Sequence record: PZ465525.1
Source of the DNA: a phage
DNA: 38,751 nt
Strand: one strand, 5' to 3'
How positions within the stretch are numbered: the stretch's first letter is position 1; each line of letters starts with the position of its first letter. The notes beneath the pieces are model-generated. The model made no database searches. It had not been told where the DNA came from and was given only the letters and a program-made list of their open reading frames with translations. The position numbers were made by a program, and so were the translations under genes. Below are positions 26,369 to 36,016 of the stretch, piece after piece.

Positions 26369-26459
26369 CCTTAAGGTTCTACTTTAAGACCCTTAAGACT
26401 CTTACTTTAAGATTTAATTTAAGACCAAATTTAAGACTTAACTCTAAGGAGACTTTAAG
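26369..26459. repeat. AT-rich TTTAAGA/CTTAAG repeat region downstream of the phi1.1A/B promoters; candidate primary replication origin
   Basis: CCTTAAGGTTCTACTTTAAGACCCTTAAGACTCTTACTTTAAGATTTAATTTAAGACCAAATTTAAGACTTAACTCTAAGG; T7 places its primary origin in the equivalent AT-rich region. Confidence 0.5.
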
Positions 26460-26582
26460 ATGCGTAATTTCGAGAAATTCACCAAGCGTTCTTCCCACAA
26501 AGACTTCGCTGAGTTCGCCCAAGAGGGACGCAAGATGAACAAGGTCAAGCGTGACCGTTCTCACAAACGCAACTGGGCATAA
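26460..26582 (+). CDS. 1.1: gp1.1 small basic protein
   Basis: 40 aa, MRNFEKFTKRSSHKDFAEFAQEGRKMNKVKRDRSHKRNWA, similar to T7 gp1.1 (recalled); RBS TAAGGAG; too short for the ORF track. Confidence 0.8.
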   Translation: MRNFEKFTKRSSHKDFAEFAQEGRKMNKVKRDRSHKRNWA

Positions 26583-26592
26583 GGAGGTCTTT

Positions 26593-26832
26593 ATGGCGCT
26601 CGACGTGATGTTCTTTGAGAACCGCCTCAATAAGCTGGCCGCCTACGCTAACAGCATGGGTCTGCGCCTCCGGTGGATGAACGAACCGATGACCCTATCG
26701 CTGCGAGTGGGCATCTTTGAGCGAGGCTTTCAGGAGCCACTTGCAGAGAAGACGTTCGAGTGGGGCGCTAGTAGCCTTGACGTAGAACGCTGGGTCGCCA
26801 AGGTATGCAAGGACTACGCGAGCTGGGACTAA
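26593..26832 (+). CDS. Gene 1.2-position protein (possible functional analogue of the T7 dGTPase inhibitor; sequence-divergent)
   Basis: 79-aa ORF from ATG 26593 after RBS AAGGAGG; occupies the T7 gene 1.2 slot but shows little similarity to T7 gp1.2 as recalled. Confidence 0.6.
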   Translation: MALDVMFFENRLNKLAAYANSMGLRLRWMNEPMTLSLRVGIFERGFQEPLAEKTFEWGASSLDVERWVAKVCKDYASWD

Positions 26833-26852
26833 TACGACTCACTATCGAGAGA
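26830..26852 (+). promoter_or_regulatory. Phage RNAP class II promoter (phi1.3-like)
   Basis: TAATACGACTCACTATCGAGAGA: deviations at -1/+2 (the T7 phi1.3 is also nonconsensus downstream). Confidence 0.75.
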
Positions 26853-26862
26853 GAGAGGAAGA

Positions 26863-26896
26863 ATGCCCAAGGTCGCTCGCTGAGTGGCCTTCATCA
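26863..26896 (+). promoter_or_regulatory. RNase III-type processing hairpin (R1.3-like)
   Basis: ATGCCCAAGGTCGCTCGCTGAGTGGCCTTCATCATT. Confidence 0.7.
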
Positions 26897-26929
26897 TTCT
26901 ACTCACATAATCTGCAAAGGAGAATCGTC

Positions 26930-28048
26930 ATGATGAACATCAAGACCAACCCGTACAAAGCTGTGTCCTTCAACGAGAAAGCCGTTGAGAAGGCGCTCAA
27001 GCGTTCGCACTACCTGATTGCTGACATCAAGTATGATGGTGTGCGCGGGAACACTCTGGTCAAACCGTCTCAAGGTGCTTGCTGGCTCTCTCGGGTATCG
27101 AAACCGATTCCGGCGATTGAGCACCTGAACGATGGCGCTGCCCGTTGGGACAACCTGCTCAAGGATAACCGCTGCATGTTCCCGACTGGCTTTATGCTTG
27201 ATGGCGAGCTGATGGTTGACGGTGTGGACTTCAACACTGGCTCCGGCCTGCTGCGAACCAAGTGGCTAGACTCCAAGAATCAGGAGTTCCACAACGAGTT
27301 CCTGCCGCGCAACGTCAAGAAGTCCGAGAAGATTCCGTTCCGTCTGGACGCTGGCCTGCTCAAGGTCGTCATTTACGCCGTGCTCCCGATTGAAGTAGTG
27401 GAGTCCGGTGCCGACTATCCGGTCAAGAACCTGCTGATGCAGGAACACGTCAAGAACATGCTGCCTCTGCTCCGCGCTCACTTCCCTGAGATTAGCTGGC
27501 AAGCGGCTGAGTCCCATGAGGTGTATGATATGACCGAACTGTCTGCACTGTACGAAATGAAACGCGAGGAGGGTCACGAAGGTCTCATTGTGAAAGACCC
27601 GAGCGACACCTACAAGCGCGGCAAGAAGACTGGCTGGTGGAAGATGAAGCCAGAGAACGAGGCTGATGGTGTCATTCAGGGTTTGGTATGGGGCAACAAG
27701 GGTCTTGCTAACGAAGGCAAGGTGATTGGCTTTGAGGTGCTGCTAGAGTCTGGCCGTGTGGTCAACGCTTGCAATATCTCCAAGGCCCTGATGGACGAGT
27801 TCACGGCTGCCGTCAAGGCTAACACTCCGTGCGCTGGTAGCGGAATCTGTCAATACGCTCAGGACATTGCGATGCCTGAACATCACTGCTCTGGACAGTG
27901 CCAGTACGAGGGCCACGCGATGGCCAACCCGTACCACGGCTGGGCTTGTCAAATCAGCTACATGGAGGAGACCCCTGACGGCTCCCTTCGCCACCCTTCC
28001 TTTGTGATGTTCCGTGGCACCGAAGCGGAACCGACCGAGAAGATGTAA
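26930..28048 (+). CDS. 1.3: gp1.3 ATP-dependent DNA ligase
   Basis: 372 aa; MMNIKTNPYKAVSF...IADIKYDGVRGN (adenylation motif KYDGxR) ...EGLIVKDP...WWKMKPE...DGSLRHPSFVMFRGTE; highly similar to T7 ligase (recalled). Confidence 0.96.
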   Translation: MMNIKTNPYKAVSFNEKAVEKALKRSHYLIADIKYDGVRGNTLVKPSQGACWLSRVSKPIPAIEHLNDGAARWDNLLKDNRCMFPTGFMLDGELMVDGVDFNTGSGLLRTKWLDSKNQEFHNEFLPRNVKKSEKIPFRLDAGLLKVVIYAVLPIEVVESGADYPVKNLLMQEHVKNMLPLLRAHFPEISWQAAESHEVYDMTELSALYEMKREEGHEGLIVKDPSDTYKRGKKTGWWKMKPENEADGVIQGLVWGNKGLANEGKVIGFEVLLESGRVVNACNISKALMDEFTAAVKANTPCAGSGICQYAQDIAMPEHHCSGQCQYEGHAMANPYHGWACQISYMEETPDGSLRHPSFVMFRGTEAEPTEKM

Positions 28049-28068
28049 TTCGACTCACTATTGGGAGA
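28046..28068 (+). promoter_or_regulatory. Phage RNAP class II promoter (phi1.5-like)
   Basis: TAATTCGACTCACTATTGGGAGA. Confidence 0.8.
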
Positions 28069-28073
28069 CTAAT

Positions 28074-28110
28074 GGCCTGCACCTTCTTAGGGTGTGGGCC
28101 TTTGTAGTTT
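28074..28110 (+). terminator. Putative intrinsic terminator for host RNAP (TE-like early terminator after the ligase gene)
   Basis: GGCCTGCACC-TTCTTAG-GGTGTGGGCC: 10-bp stem with two G-U pairs, then TTTGTAGTTT; at the position of T7 TE. Confidence 0.55.
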
Positions 28111-28133
28111 CTATAAGGCTCACTAAAGGAGAC
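28111..28133 (+). promoter_or_regulatory. Degenerate phage promoter-like element (phi1.6 position)
   Basis: CTATAAGGCTCACTAAAGGAGAC: CACTAAAGGAG core as in T7 phi1.6, but -12/-10 changed; activity uncertain. Confidence 0.4.
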
Positions 28134-28137
28134 AACT

Positions 28138-28407
28138 ATGAAATTCAAGCTGCATTACCATAAGCTGTTCAAGCACTTTACCGTTCGCCGCTCCGATACC
28201 CGAGCAATCGTGTTCACCACCGAGCGCCGCTTTGTCATTCCGATGATTGGTCGGACTGTTGAGCTGTCCCCGAAGGTTCACGTAATCATCACCCGTGGCA
28301 AATTCCAAGAAGCAACCAACAAGACCCGTCCGGTTCTTAACGTGGCAGTGACCCGTTTCCCGTTCGTCAAGTTGCTGATTGAGCGCATCAAGGAGGTGCT
28401 GAAATGA
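28138..28407 (+). CDS. 1.6: gp1.6 protein
   Basis: 89 aa, ...[18 protein letters not shown]...[23 protein letters not shown], similar to T7 gp1.6 (recalled). Confidence 0.85.
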   Translation: MKFKLHYHKLFKHFTVRRSDTRAIVFTTERRFVIPMIGRTVELSPKVHVIITRGKFQEATNKTRPVLNVAVTRFPFVKLLIERIKEVLK

Positions 28408-28715
28408 TTGCCGAAGCGTTTAACACTGAGCTGGCTGGTGAGCTGCCAGAGCTGCCGAAGATAACCGCACCTAAGGAAATCGAAGGCGTCCAGAAGCCGT
28501 CCCACTATTACCTGTTCGATGACATCGAGGTCATTGAGGTAATCGCACGTAGCATGACCCGCGAGCAATTCAAGGGTTACGTCTTTGGGAACATCCTCAA
28601 GTACCGCCTGCGGGCTGGTAAGAAGGGTGAACTGGCCTACCTTGAGAAGGACATGGCGAAAGCCGAGTTCTATGAGACCCTTTACGAACAACACAAAGGG
28701 AAATGCTATGCGTAA
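28404..28715 (+). CDS. 1.7: gp1.7-like protein (matches only the C-terminal domain of the T7 gp1.7 nucleotide kinase)
   Basis: 103 aa; ...[76 protein letters not shown] aligns to the last ~80 aa of T7 gp1.7 (196 aa, recalled). Confidence 0.8.
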   Translation: MIAEAFNTELAGELPELPKITAPKEIEGVQKPSHYYLFDDIEVIEVIARSMTREQFKGYVFGNILKYRLRAGKKGELAYLEKDMAKAEFYETLYEQHKGKCYA

Positions 28716-28899
28716 CCAACGCCAAGCCCCAACCTACCGTAATGCGCCAGACGACAAGGACTTTCAGTCCAGCCCACATCATGGTCTGTGCTCCGACTGG
28801 TGCTATAGGCAGTGGGGGGCTGCCCTGAATCAGGGAGACCAGCGAGCCGCTGACGCCTACATGAAGATGTACGACATGTGGAAAGAGAGGAACCAATAA
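28708..28899 (+). CDS. 1.8: gp1.8-like small protein
   Basis: 63 aa from ATG 28708; C-terminus ...CSDWCYRQW...[14 protein letters not shown] resembles T7 gp1.8 (recalled); the ORF-track start 28585 lies inside gene 1.7. Confidence 0.65.
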   Translation: MRNQRQAPTYRNAPDDKDFQSSPHHGLCSDWCYRQWGAALNQGDQRAADAYMKMYDMWKERNQ

Positions 28900-29120
28900 T
28901 GACTACTCTGTATGATACAACTACCAACAACCGCATGGACAAAGGGTCTGCCGTGGTGGAAAACCGGAAGTTCTGGGCGACCATCCAGTCGTCTGAGCAC
29001 TCCTACGATATGCCCATTTACGCTGTGAGCCTTGACGAGGCCACCGAGTTGGCTGAGCGTCAGTACGTTCCGGCTGGCTTTGAGGTAATCCGAGTGCGCC
29101 CTTGCCGCCTTCCGGTTTAA
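28899..29120 (+). CDS. 2: gp2 inhibitor of host RNA polymerase
   Basis: 73 aa from ATG 28899 (TAATG overlap with 1.8); ...[48 protein letters not shown]... matches T7 gp2 (recalled). Confidence 0.88.
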   Translation: MTTLYDTTTNNRMDKGSAVVENRKFWATIQSSEHSYDMPIYAVSLDEATELAERQYVPAGFEVIRVRPCRLPV

Positions 29121-29140
29121 TACGACTCACTATTGGGGAC
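29118..29140 (+). promoter_or_regulatory. Phage RNAP class II promoter (phi2.5-like)
   Basis: TAATACGACTCACTATTGGGGAC. Confidence 0.85.
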
Positions 29141-29183
29141 ACACCCCGCATCAACATTCACAATCACTTTAGGAGACTCATTT

Positions 29184-29876
29184 ATGGCTAAGAAGATTTT
29201 CACTTCCGCTCTGGGCACCGCTGAGCCTTACGCTTACATCGCCAAGCCTGACTACGGCAACGAGGAGCGTGGTTTCGGCAACCCGCGAGGTGTCTACAAG
29301 GTTGACCTGACTATTCCCAACAAAGACCCGCGCTGCCAGCGTATGGCCGATGAAATCGCGAAGTGCCACGAGGAGGCTTACGCTGCTGCCGTTGAGGAAT
29401 ATGAAGCGAACCCGCCCGCTGTAGCTCGTGGCAAGAAACCGCTGCAGCCATACGAGGGCGACATGCCGTTCTTCGATAATGGTGACGGCACCACTACCTT
29501 CAAGTTCAAGTGCTACGCGTCCTTCCAAGACAAGAAGACCAAGGAGACCAAGCACATCAATCTGGTTGTGGTTGACTCCAAGGGTAAGAAGATGGAAGAC
29601 GTTCCGATTATCGGTGGTGGCTCTAAGCTGAAAGTCAAATACTCTCTGGTTCCGTATAAGTGGAACACCGCTGTAGGTGCAAGCGTCAAGCTGCAATTGG
29701 AATCCGTGATGCTGGTCGAACTGGCTACCTTCGGTGGTGGCGAGGATGACTGGGCAGACGAGGTGGAAGAAGGTGGTTACGTTGCCTCTGGCTCTGCACG
29801 AAGCAAGCCACGCGATGAAGAAGACTGGTCTGAGGACACCGAAGAAGAGTCTGCGGGTGACGATGAGGACTTCTAA
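29184..29876 (+). CDS. 2.5: gp2.5 single-stranded DNA-binding protein
   Basis: ATG 29184 after RBS TAGGAGA (ORF-track TTG 29133 is upstream); MAKKIFTSALGTAEPYAYIAKPDYGNEERGF... with acidic C-terminal tail ...DDEDF; ~97% identical to T7 gp2.5 as recalled. Confidence 0.97.
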   Translation: MAKKIFTSALGTAEPYAYIAKPDYGNEERGFGNPRGVYKVDLTIPNKDPRCQRMADEIAKCHEEAYAAAVEEYEANPPAVARGKKPLQPYEGDMPFFDNGDGTTTFKFKCYASFQDKKTKETKHINLVVVDSKGKKMEDVPIIGGGSKLKVKYSLVPYKWNTAVGASVKLQLESVMLVELATFGGGEDDWADEVEEGGYVASGSARSKPRDEEDWSEDTEEESAGDDEDF

Positions 29877-30332
29877 ATGTCTGGCGCATACGCTGCGCGT
29901 GGTATCCGAAAGGTCGGGGCATTCCGCTCCGGCCTTGAAGATAAGGTCTCTAAGCAGCTAGAGAGTAAAGGAGTGAAGTTTGACTACGAGTTGTGGAAGA
30001 TTCCATACGTAGTCCCTGCAAGCAATCATGGGTATACACCAGACTTCCTGCTGCCTAATGGAATCTTCATTGAAACCAAAGGTTTATGGGATAGTGACGA
30101 CCGAAAGAAACACTTATTGATTCGTGAACAGTTTCCCGAACTGGACATCCGTCTAGTGTTCTCAAGCTCTCGCACGAAGCTGTACAAAGGGTCTCCGACC
30201 AGTTACGGTGAGTGGTGCGAGAAGCACGGTATCCTGTTTGCTGACAAATTAATTCCTGTAGAATGGCTCAAAGAACCCAAAAAGGAGGTGCCATTTGACA
30301 AGCTGAAACAATTGAAGGGAGGAAAGAAGTAA
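29877..30332 (+). CDS. 3: gp3 endonuclease I (Holliday junction resolvase)
   Basis: 151 aa, ...GIRKVGAFRSGLEDKVSKQLESKG...PDFLLPNGIFIETKG..., highly similar to T7 gp3 (recalled). Confidence 0.96.
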   Translation: MSGAYAARGIRKVGAFRSGLEDKVSKQLESKGVKFDYELWKIPYVVPASNHGYTPDFLLPNGIFIETKGLWDSDDRKKHLLIREQFPELDIRLVFSSSRTKLYKGSPTSYGEWCEKHGILFADKLIPVEWLKEPKKEVPFDKLKQLKGGKK

Positions 30333-30787
30333 TGTCTCGAGTACAATTCAAACAGAGGGAGGCGACTAACGCCATTTTTGTACACTGCTCTGCAACCAAG
30401 GCAACTCAGGACGTTGGTGTCCGTGAGATTCGCCAGTGGCACAAGGAGCAAGGCTGGCTTGACGTAGGCTACCACTTCATCATTCGCCGTGATGGCACTA
30501 TCGAAGATGGCCGAGACGTTAACGCCGTGGGCTCTCATGCCCGTGGTTACAACCACAACTCCGTAGGCGTGTGCCTTGTTGGGGGCATTGACGAGAAGGG
30601 TCGGCACGAAGCCAACTTCACTCCTCAACAGATGTCTGCCCTGCGCACACTGCTGGAAGTCCTGATGGACAAGTACCCGAGCGCGGTACTTCGCGCCCAC
30701 CACGATGTTGCACCGAAGGCTTGCCCTTCGTTCGACCTGCAACGCTGGTGGAGGCACAATGAGCTGGTCACTTCTGACCGAGGCTAA
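30332..30787 (+). CDS. 3.5: gp3.5 lysozyme (N-acetylmuramoyl-L-alanine amidase; RNAP inhibitor)
   Basis: 151 aa, MSRVQFKQREATNAIFVHCSATK...AHHDVAPKACPSFDL..., highly similar to T7 lysozyme (recalled); TAATG overlap with gene 3. Confidence 0.97.
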   Translation: MSRVQFKQREATNAIFVHCSATKATQDVGVREIRQWHKEQGWLDVGYHFIIRRDGTIEDGRDVNAVGSHARGYNHNSVGVCLVGGIDEKGRHEANFTPQQMSALRTLLEVLMDKYPSAVLRAHHDVAPKACPSFDLQRWWRHNELVTSDRG

Positions 30788-30807
30788 TACGACTCACTAA
30801 AGGGATG
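30785..30807 (+). promoter_or_regulatory. Phage RNAP class II promoter (phi3.8-like)
   Basis: TAATACGACTCACTAAAGGGATG. Confidence 0.85.
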
Positions 30808-30870
30808 ACCGAAAGGTTGTCCCTTTGTTTCAACACAGGGAGGAAGCTATAGAGGCCATGTCTAACTTGA

Positions 30871-32586
<1,716 letters not shown>

Positions 32587-32605
32587 GCGCATCCTTGACG
32601 ACTTT

Positions 32606-32628
32606 TAATACGACTCACTAATGGGATA
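32606..32628 (+). promoter_or_regulatory. Phage RNAP class II promoter (phi4.3-like)
   Basis: TAATACGACTCACTAATGGGATA. Confidence 0.8.
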
Positions 32629-32659
32629 ACCCACACATCAACCGAGAAGGAAGCACACT

Positions 32660-32878
32660 ATGAGCATCATGAAAATCATCAAAGGCTTTGGCCGCATTGT
32701 CGTTCGCATGTATAACCACGAGGCTGCCCGCCTGAACAAGGTTGCCCGTGCGGAAGCCACTCTGGCCCGCGAGCTGGCCGAGCGTTCCAACAAGCTGAGC
32801 GCAAGCTCCATGAAGAACATCGATGAGGCCGCTAAGGTAGCCTCTCAGGCCCAAGAGCTGTCCAAGTTCTTCGCTTAA
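32660..32878 (+). CDS. 4.3: gp4.3-like small protein
   Basis: 72-aa ORF with RBS GAAGGAAG, at the T7 gene 4.3 position. Confidence 0.7.
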   Translation: MSIMKIIKGFGRIVVRMYNHEAARLNKVARAEATLARELAERSNKLSASSMKNIDEAAKVASQAQELSKFFA

Positions 32879-32921
32879 TCCTACAGATACCAACCTGACA
32901 ACCACAAGAGGAGAGTTCACT

Positions 32922-33194
32922 ATGAGCAAGGTATCCCAGACTATCGCCCTGTCCGACACCATCGACCAGTGGGGCCGCAAGGTTCACATCAACGTTCGCA
33001 ACGGCAAGGCCACTATGGTCTACCGCTGGAAGGACACCAAGTCCAACAAGAAGCATACCCAGCGCATGACTCTGAGTGACGAGCAAGCGTTACGTCTGCT
33101 GAAAGCATTGACAGGCGCTGTTGTCCACGCGGTTGAGGCCAGTGGTCGCCAAGAGCAGGCTATGGAGATTCTGAACCGAATCGAGGCTGAGTGA
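32922..33194 (+). CDS. 4.5: gp4.5-like small protein
   Basis: 90-aa ORF with RBS AAGAGGAG, at the T7 gene 4.5 position. Confidence 0.7.
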   Translation: MSKVSQTIALSDTIDQWGRKVHINVRNGKATMVYRWKDTKSNKKHTQRMTLSDEQALRLLKALTGAVVHAVEASGRQEQAMEILNRIEAE

Positions 33195-33195
33195 T

Positions 33196-33234
33196 AGGCT
33201 TAAGGTCGTTCCTTCGGGAGCGGCCTTTGTGACT
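33196..33234 (+). promoter_or_regulatory. RNase III-type processing hairpin (R4.7-like)
   Basis: GGCTTAAGGTCGTTCCTTCGGGAGCGGCCTTTGTGACTG. Confidence 0.7.
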
Positions 33235-33236
33235 GT

Positions 33237-33262
33237 TATTCGGCTCACTTCTATAGATAGGT
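33237..33262 (+). promoter_or_regulatory. Decayed phage-promoter-like remnant (phi4.7 position)
   Basis: TTATTCGGCTCACTTCTATAGATAGG resembles the consensus but has an insertion and substitutions; no gene 4.7 ORF follows. Confidence 0.3.
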
Positions 33263-33299
33263 TGGGGAATGCCATAAGGTATCTTAAAGGAGAACTCTA

Positions 33300-35258
33300 A
33301 TGATTGTCTCAGACATCGAATCAAACGGCCTACTTGAGACCACTACTAAATTCCATTGCGCGGTTATCTATGACTACAGTACAGGAGAATACAGCAAGTA
33401 TCGCCCTGTGGACTTTAATAAATACCTTGACGCATTAGAAGCTGAGGTAGCAAAGGGAGGACTCATAGTAGGACATAACTTCGCTAAATTTGACATCCCT
33501 GCGTTAACCAAGTTGGCTAAGTTGCAATTGAACCGAGAGTTCAACATTCCTCGTGAGAACTGTGTGGATACCCTCGTGCTGTCCAGACTGATTCACTCGA
33601 ACCTCAAGGACACCGATATGGGTCTCCTGCGCTCCGGTAAACTGCCGGGCAAACGCTACGGTTCCCACGCTCTGGAAGCATGGGGCTACCGCTTAGGCGA
33701 AATGAAGGGTGAGTACAAGGACGACTTCAAGGCTGCTCTTGAGGAGCAAGGTGAGGAGTACGTTGAGGGAATGGAGTGGCGCTCATTCAACGAGGACATG
33801 CTGGCCTATAACGTTCAGGACGTTGTGGTCACTAAGGCCCTCCTTGAGAAGCTACTTTCCGACAAGCACTACTTCAAGCCTGAGGTGGACTTCACGGATG
33901 TCTCTGCGGATACCTTCTGGATGGAGGCTATCGAGGCGATTGACGTGGAGCACCGAGCCGCTTGGTTGCTCGCTAAGCAGGAGCGCAACGGCTACCCGTT
34001 CAACACCAAGGCTATCGAAGACCTGTACGTTGAGCTGGCCTCTCGCCGCTCTGAGTTGCTGAAGCGACTGACCGAGACGTTCGGCTCTTGGTATCAGCCT
34101 AAGGGTGGCACCGAAATGTTCCTACACCCACGCACTGGTCAGCCGCTCCCGAAGTATCCGCGAGTGAAGACCCCGAAGGTCGGAGGCATCTTCAAGAAGC
34201 CCAAGAACAAAGCCCAGCGCGAAGGTCGTGAGCCCTGTGAGCTGGACACTCGGGACTTCGTTGCTGGTGCCGTTTACACTCCGGTGGAGCACGTTGTCTT
34301 CAACCCTTCGTCCCGCGACCACATCCAGAAGAAGCTCCAAGAGGCTGGCTGGGTGCCCGAGAAGTTCACCGATAAGGGTGCTCCGGTAGTGGACGACGAG
34401 GTGCTTGAAGGCGTTGTTGTGGACGACCCTGAGAAGCAAGCAGCCATCGACCTCATTAAGGAGTACCTGATGATTCAGAAGCGAATCGGTCAGAGTGCTG
34501 AGGGCGACAAGGCGTGGCTGCGCTACGTTGCGGAGGACGGTAAGATTCATGGTAGCGTTAACCCTAACGGTGCGGTTACTGGTCGTGCCACTCACGCCTT
34601 CCCGAACCTTGCGCAAATCCCAAGTGTTCGGTCTCCGTATGGCGAACAGTGCCGTGCTGCATTCGGGGCTGAACACCATCTTGATTACGTCACTGGGGAA
34701 CCTTGGGTTCAAGCTGGTATCGACGCATCCGGTCTTGAGCTGCGCTGCTTGGCCCACTTCATGGCTCGATTCGACAACGGCGAGTATGCCCATGAGATTC
34801 TGAACGGTGACATTCACACCAAGAACCAGTTGGCTGCCGAGCTGCCGACCCGAGACAACGCCAAGACCTTCATCTACGGTTTCCTCTATGGGGCCGGAGA
34901 CGAGAAGATTGGTCAGATTGTTGGTGCTGGTAAGGAACGCGGTAAGGAACTCAAGAAGAAATTCCTTGAGAATACCCCTGCGATTGCTGCGCTCCGTGAG
35001 TCCATCCAATCGACTCTCGTTGAGAGTTCCCAATGGGTGGCTGGTGAACAGCAAGTCAAGTGGAAGCGCCGTTGGATTAAGGGCATGGATGGCCGTAAGG
35101 TTCACGTCCGTAGCCCACACGCTGCGCTGAACACTGTGCTGCAATCCGCTGGTGCGCTTATCTGCAAGCTGTGGATTATCAAGACCGAGGAAATGCTCAT
35201 TGAGAAGGGCTACAAGCACGGCTGGGATGGAGACTTTGCGTACATGGCATGGGTGCAT
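33300..35258 (+). CDS. 5: gp5 DNA polymerase, exon 1 (codons 1-653)
   Basis: Near-identical to T7 DNA polymerase through ...GWDGDFAYMAWVH, then drops into 8 unrelated codons and a stop (35282); the real coding sequence resumes at 35861. Confidence 0.93.
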
Positions 35259-35860
35259 AAACTATCTCATTGTGCACGTTAAATCTGGTGAACTCGGTGA
35301 AACCCTTCTGGGGGCAATACCGAGCCAAGCCATAGGGAGGATATATGAGAGGCAAGAAGTTAATCCTTGCGACCACAGAGAGTGGTTGTATCATCCCTAC
35401 GTCACACAAACTTAATGCTGATGGTTATTTCCGAAAGAAGACGAACGGTGTCCTAGAGATGTATCACAGGACAGTCTGGAAGGAGCACTACGGAGATATA
35501 CCAGAAGGGTATGAAGTAGACCATAGGTGTAGGAACAGGGCGTGCTGTAACGTAGAGCACCTTCAGTTACTAGAAGGTTCTGAGCATACAGTAAAGACAA
35601 ACAGGGAACGCTACGCTGACCGTAAAGAGTCCGCGAAGGAATACTGGTTGGAGACTGGATGCACAGGAACACACTTAGGTGAGAAGTTTGGTGTAACGTT
35701 CTCTGCAGCTTGTAAGTGGATTAGAGAGTGGAAGGCGTAGAGACTATCCGAAAGGAGTAGGGCCGAGGGTGAGACTCCCTCGTTACCCGAAGCGCCAGAC
35801 AGTCAACTCAAAGACTGATGATATAGTCCGACACTCCTAGTAATAGGAGAATACAGAAAG
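35259..35860 (+). mobile_element. Group I-type self-splicing intron interrupting gene 5 at polymerase motif C, carrying an HNH homing endonuclease ORF
   Basis: 602-nt insertion between the H and DE codons of the conserved VHDE motif; exon 1 ends in T (35258) and the insert ends in G (35860); GTGCAC at 35272-35277 can pair with the exon end GTGCAT to form P1 with a U-G pair at the splice site; downstream helices (GACTAT/ATAGTC, GAGGG/CCCTC, GGAGT/ACTCC) present. Confidence 0.85.
35345..35740 (+). CDS. Intron-encoded HNH homing endonuclease
   Basis: 131-aa ORF with RBS GGGAGG; HNH/zinc motif ...EGYEVDHRCRNRACCNVEHLQLLEGSEHTVKTN... Confidence 0.88.
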   Translation: MRGKKLILATTESGCIIPTSHKLNADGYFRKKTNGVLEMYHRTVWKEHYGDIPEGYEVDHRCRNRACCNVEHLQLLEGSEHTVKTNRERYADRKESAKEYWLETGCTGTHLGEKFGVTFSAACKWIREWKA

Positions 35861-36016
35861 GATGAGATTCAAGTAGGTTGCCGTACCGAAGAGATTGCTC
35901 AGGTAGTCATTGAGACCGCCCAAGAGGCTATGCGCTGGGTAGGCGAGCACTGGAACTTCCGGTGTCTGCTGGATACCGAAGGCAAGATGGGGCCTAACTG
36001 GGCCGTGTGCCACTAA
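35861..36016 (+). CDS. 5: gp5 DNA polymerase, exon 2 (C-terminal 51 codons)
   Basis: In-frame continuation DEIQVGCRTEEIAQVVIETAQEAMRWVGEHWNFRCLLDTEGKMGPNWAVCH*, matching the T7 DNA polymerase C-terminus; joined product is 704 aa, the T7 length. Confidence 0.9.
   Translation, partial: DEIQVGCRTEEIAQVVIETAQEAMRWVGEHWNFRCLLDTEGKMGPNWAVCH

Noticed and set aside
28111-28133. Possible T3-specificity promoter (CTCACTAAAGGAGA resembles the T3 consensus ...CCCTCACTAAAGGGAGA)
   Set aside because: The -11/-10 specificity bases are GG, not the CC of T3 promoters, and every other promoter in the window is T7-type. It is better read as a degenerate phi1.6-type T7 promoter, which carries CACTAAAGGAG in T7 too.
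35259-35282. Eight codons (KLSHCAR) and a stop appended to the gene 5 ORF as a genuine polymerase C-terminus or a truncating mutation
   Set aside because: The real polymerase C-terminus is intact 602 nt downstream and the boundaries obey group I splice-site rules, so this is read-through into intron sequence, not a pseudogene.
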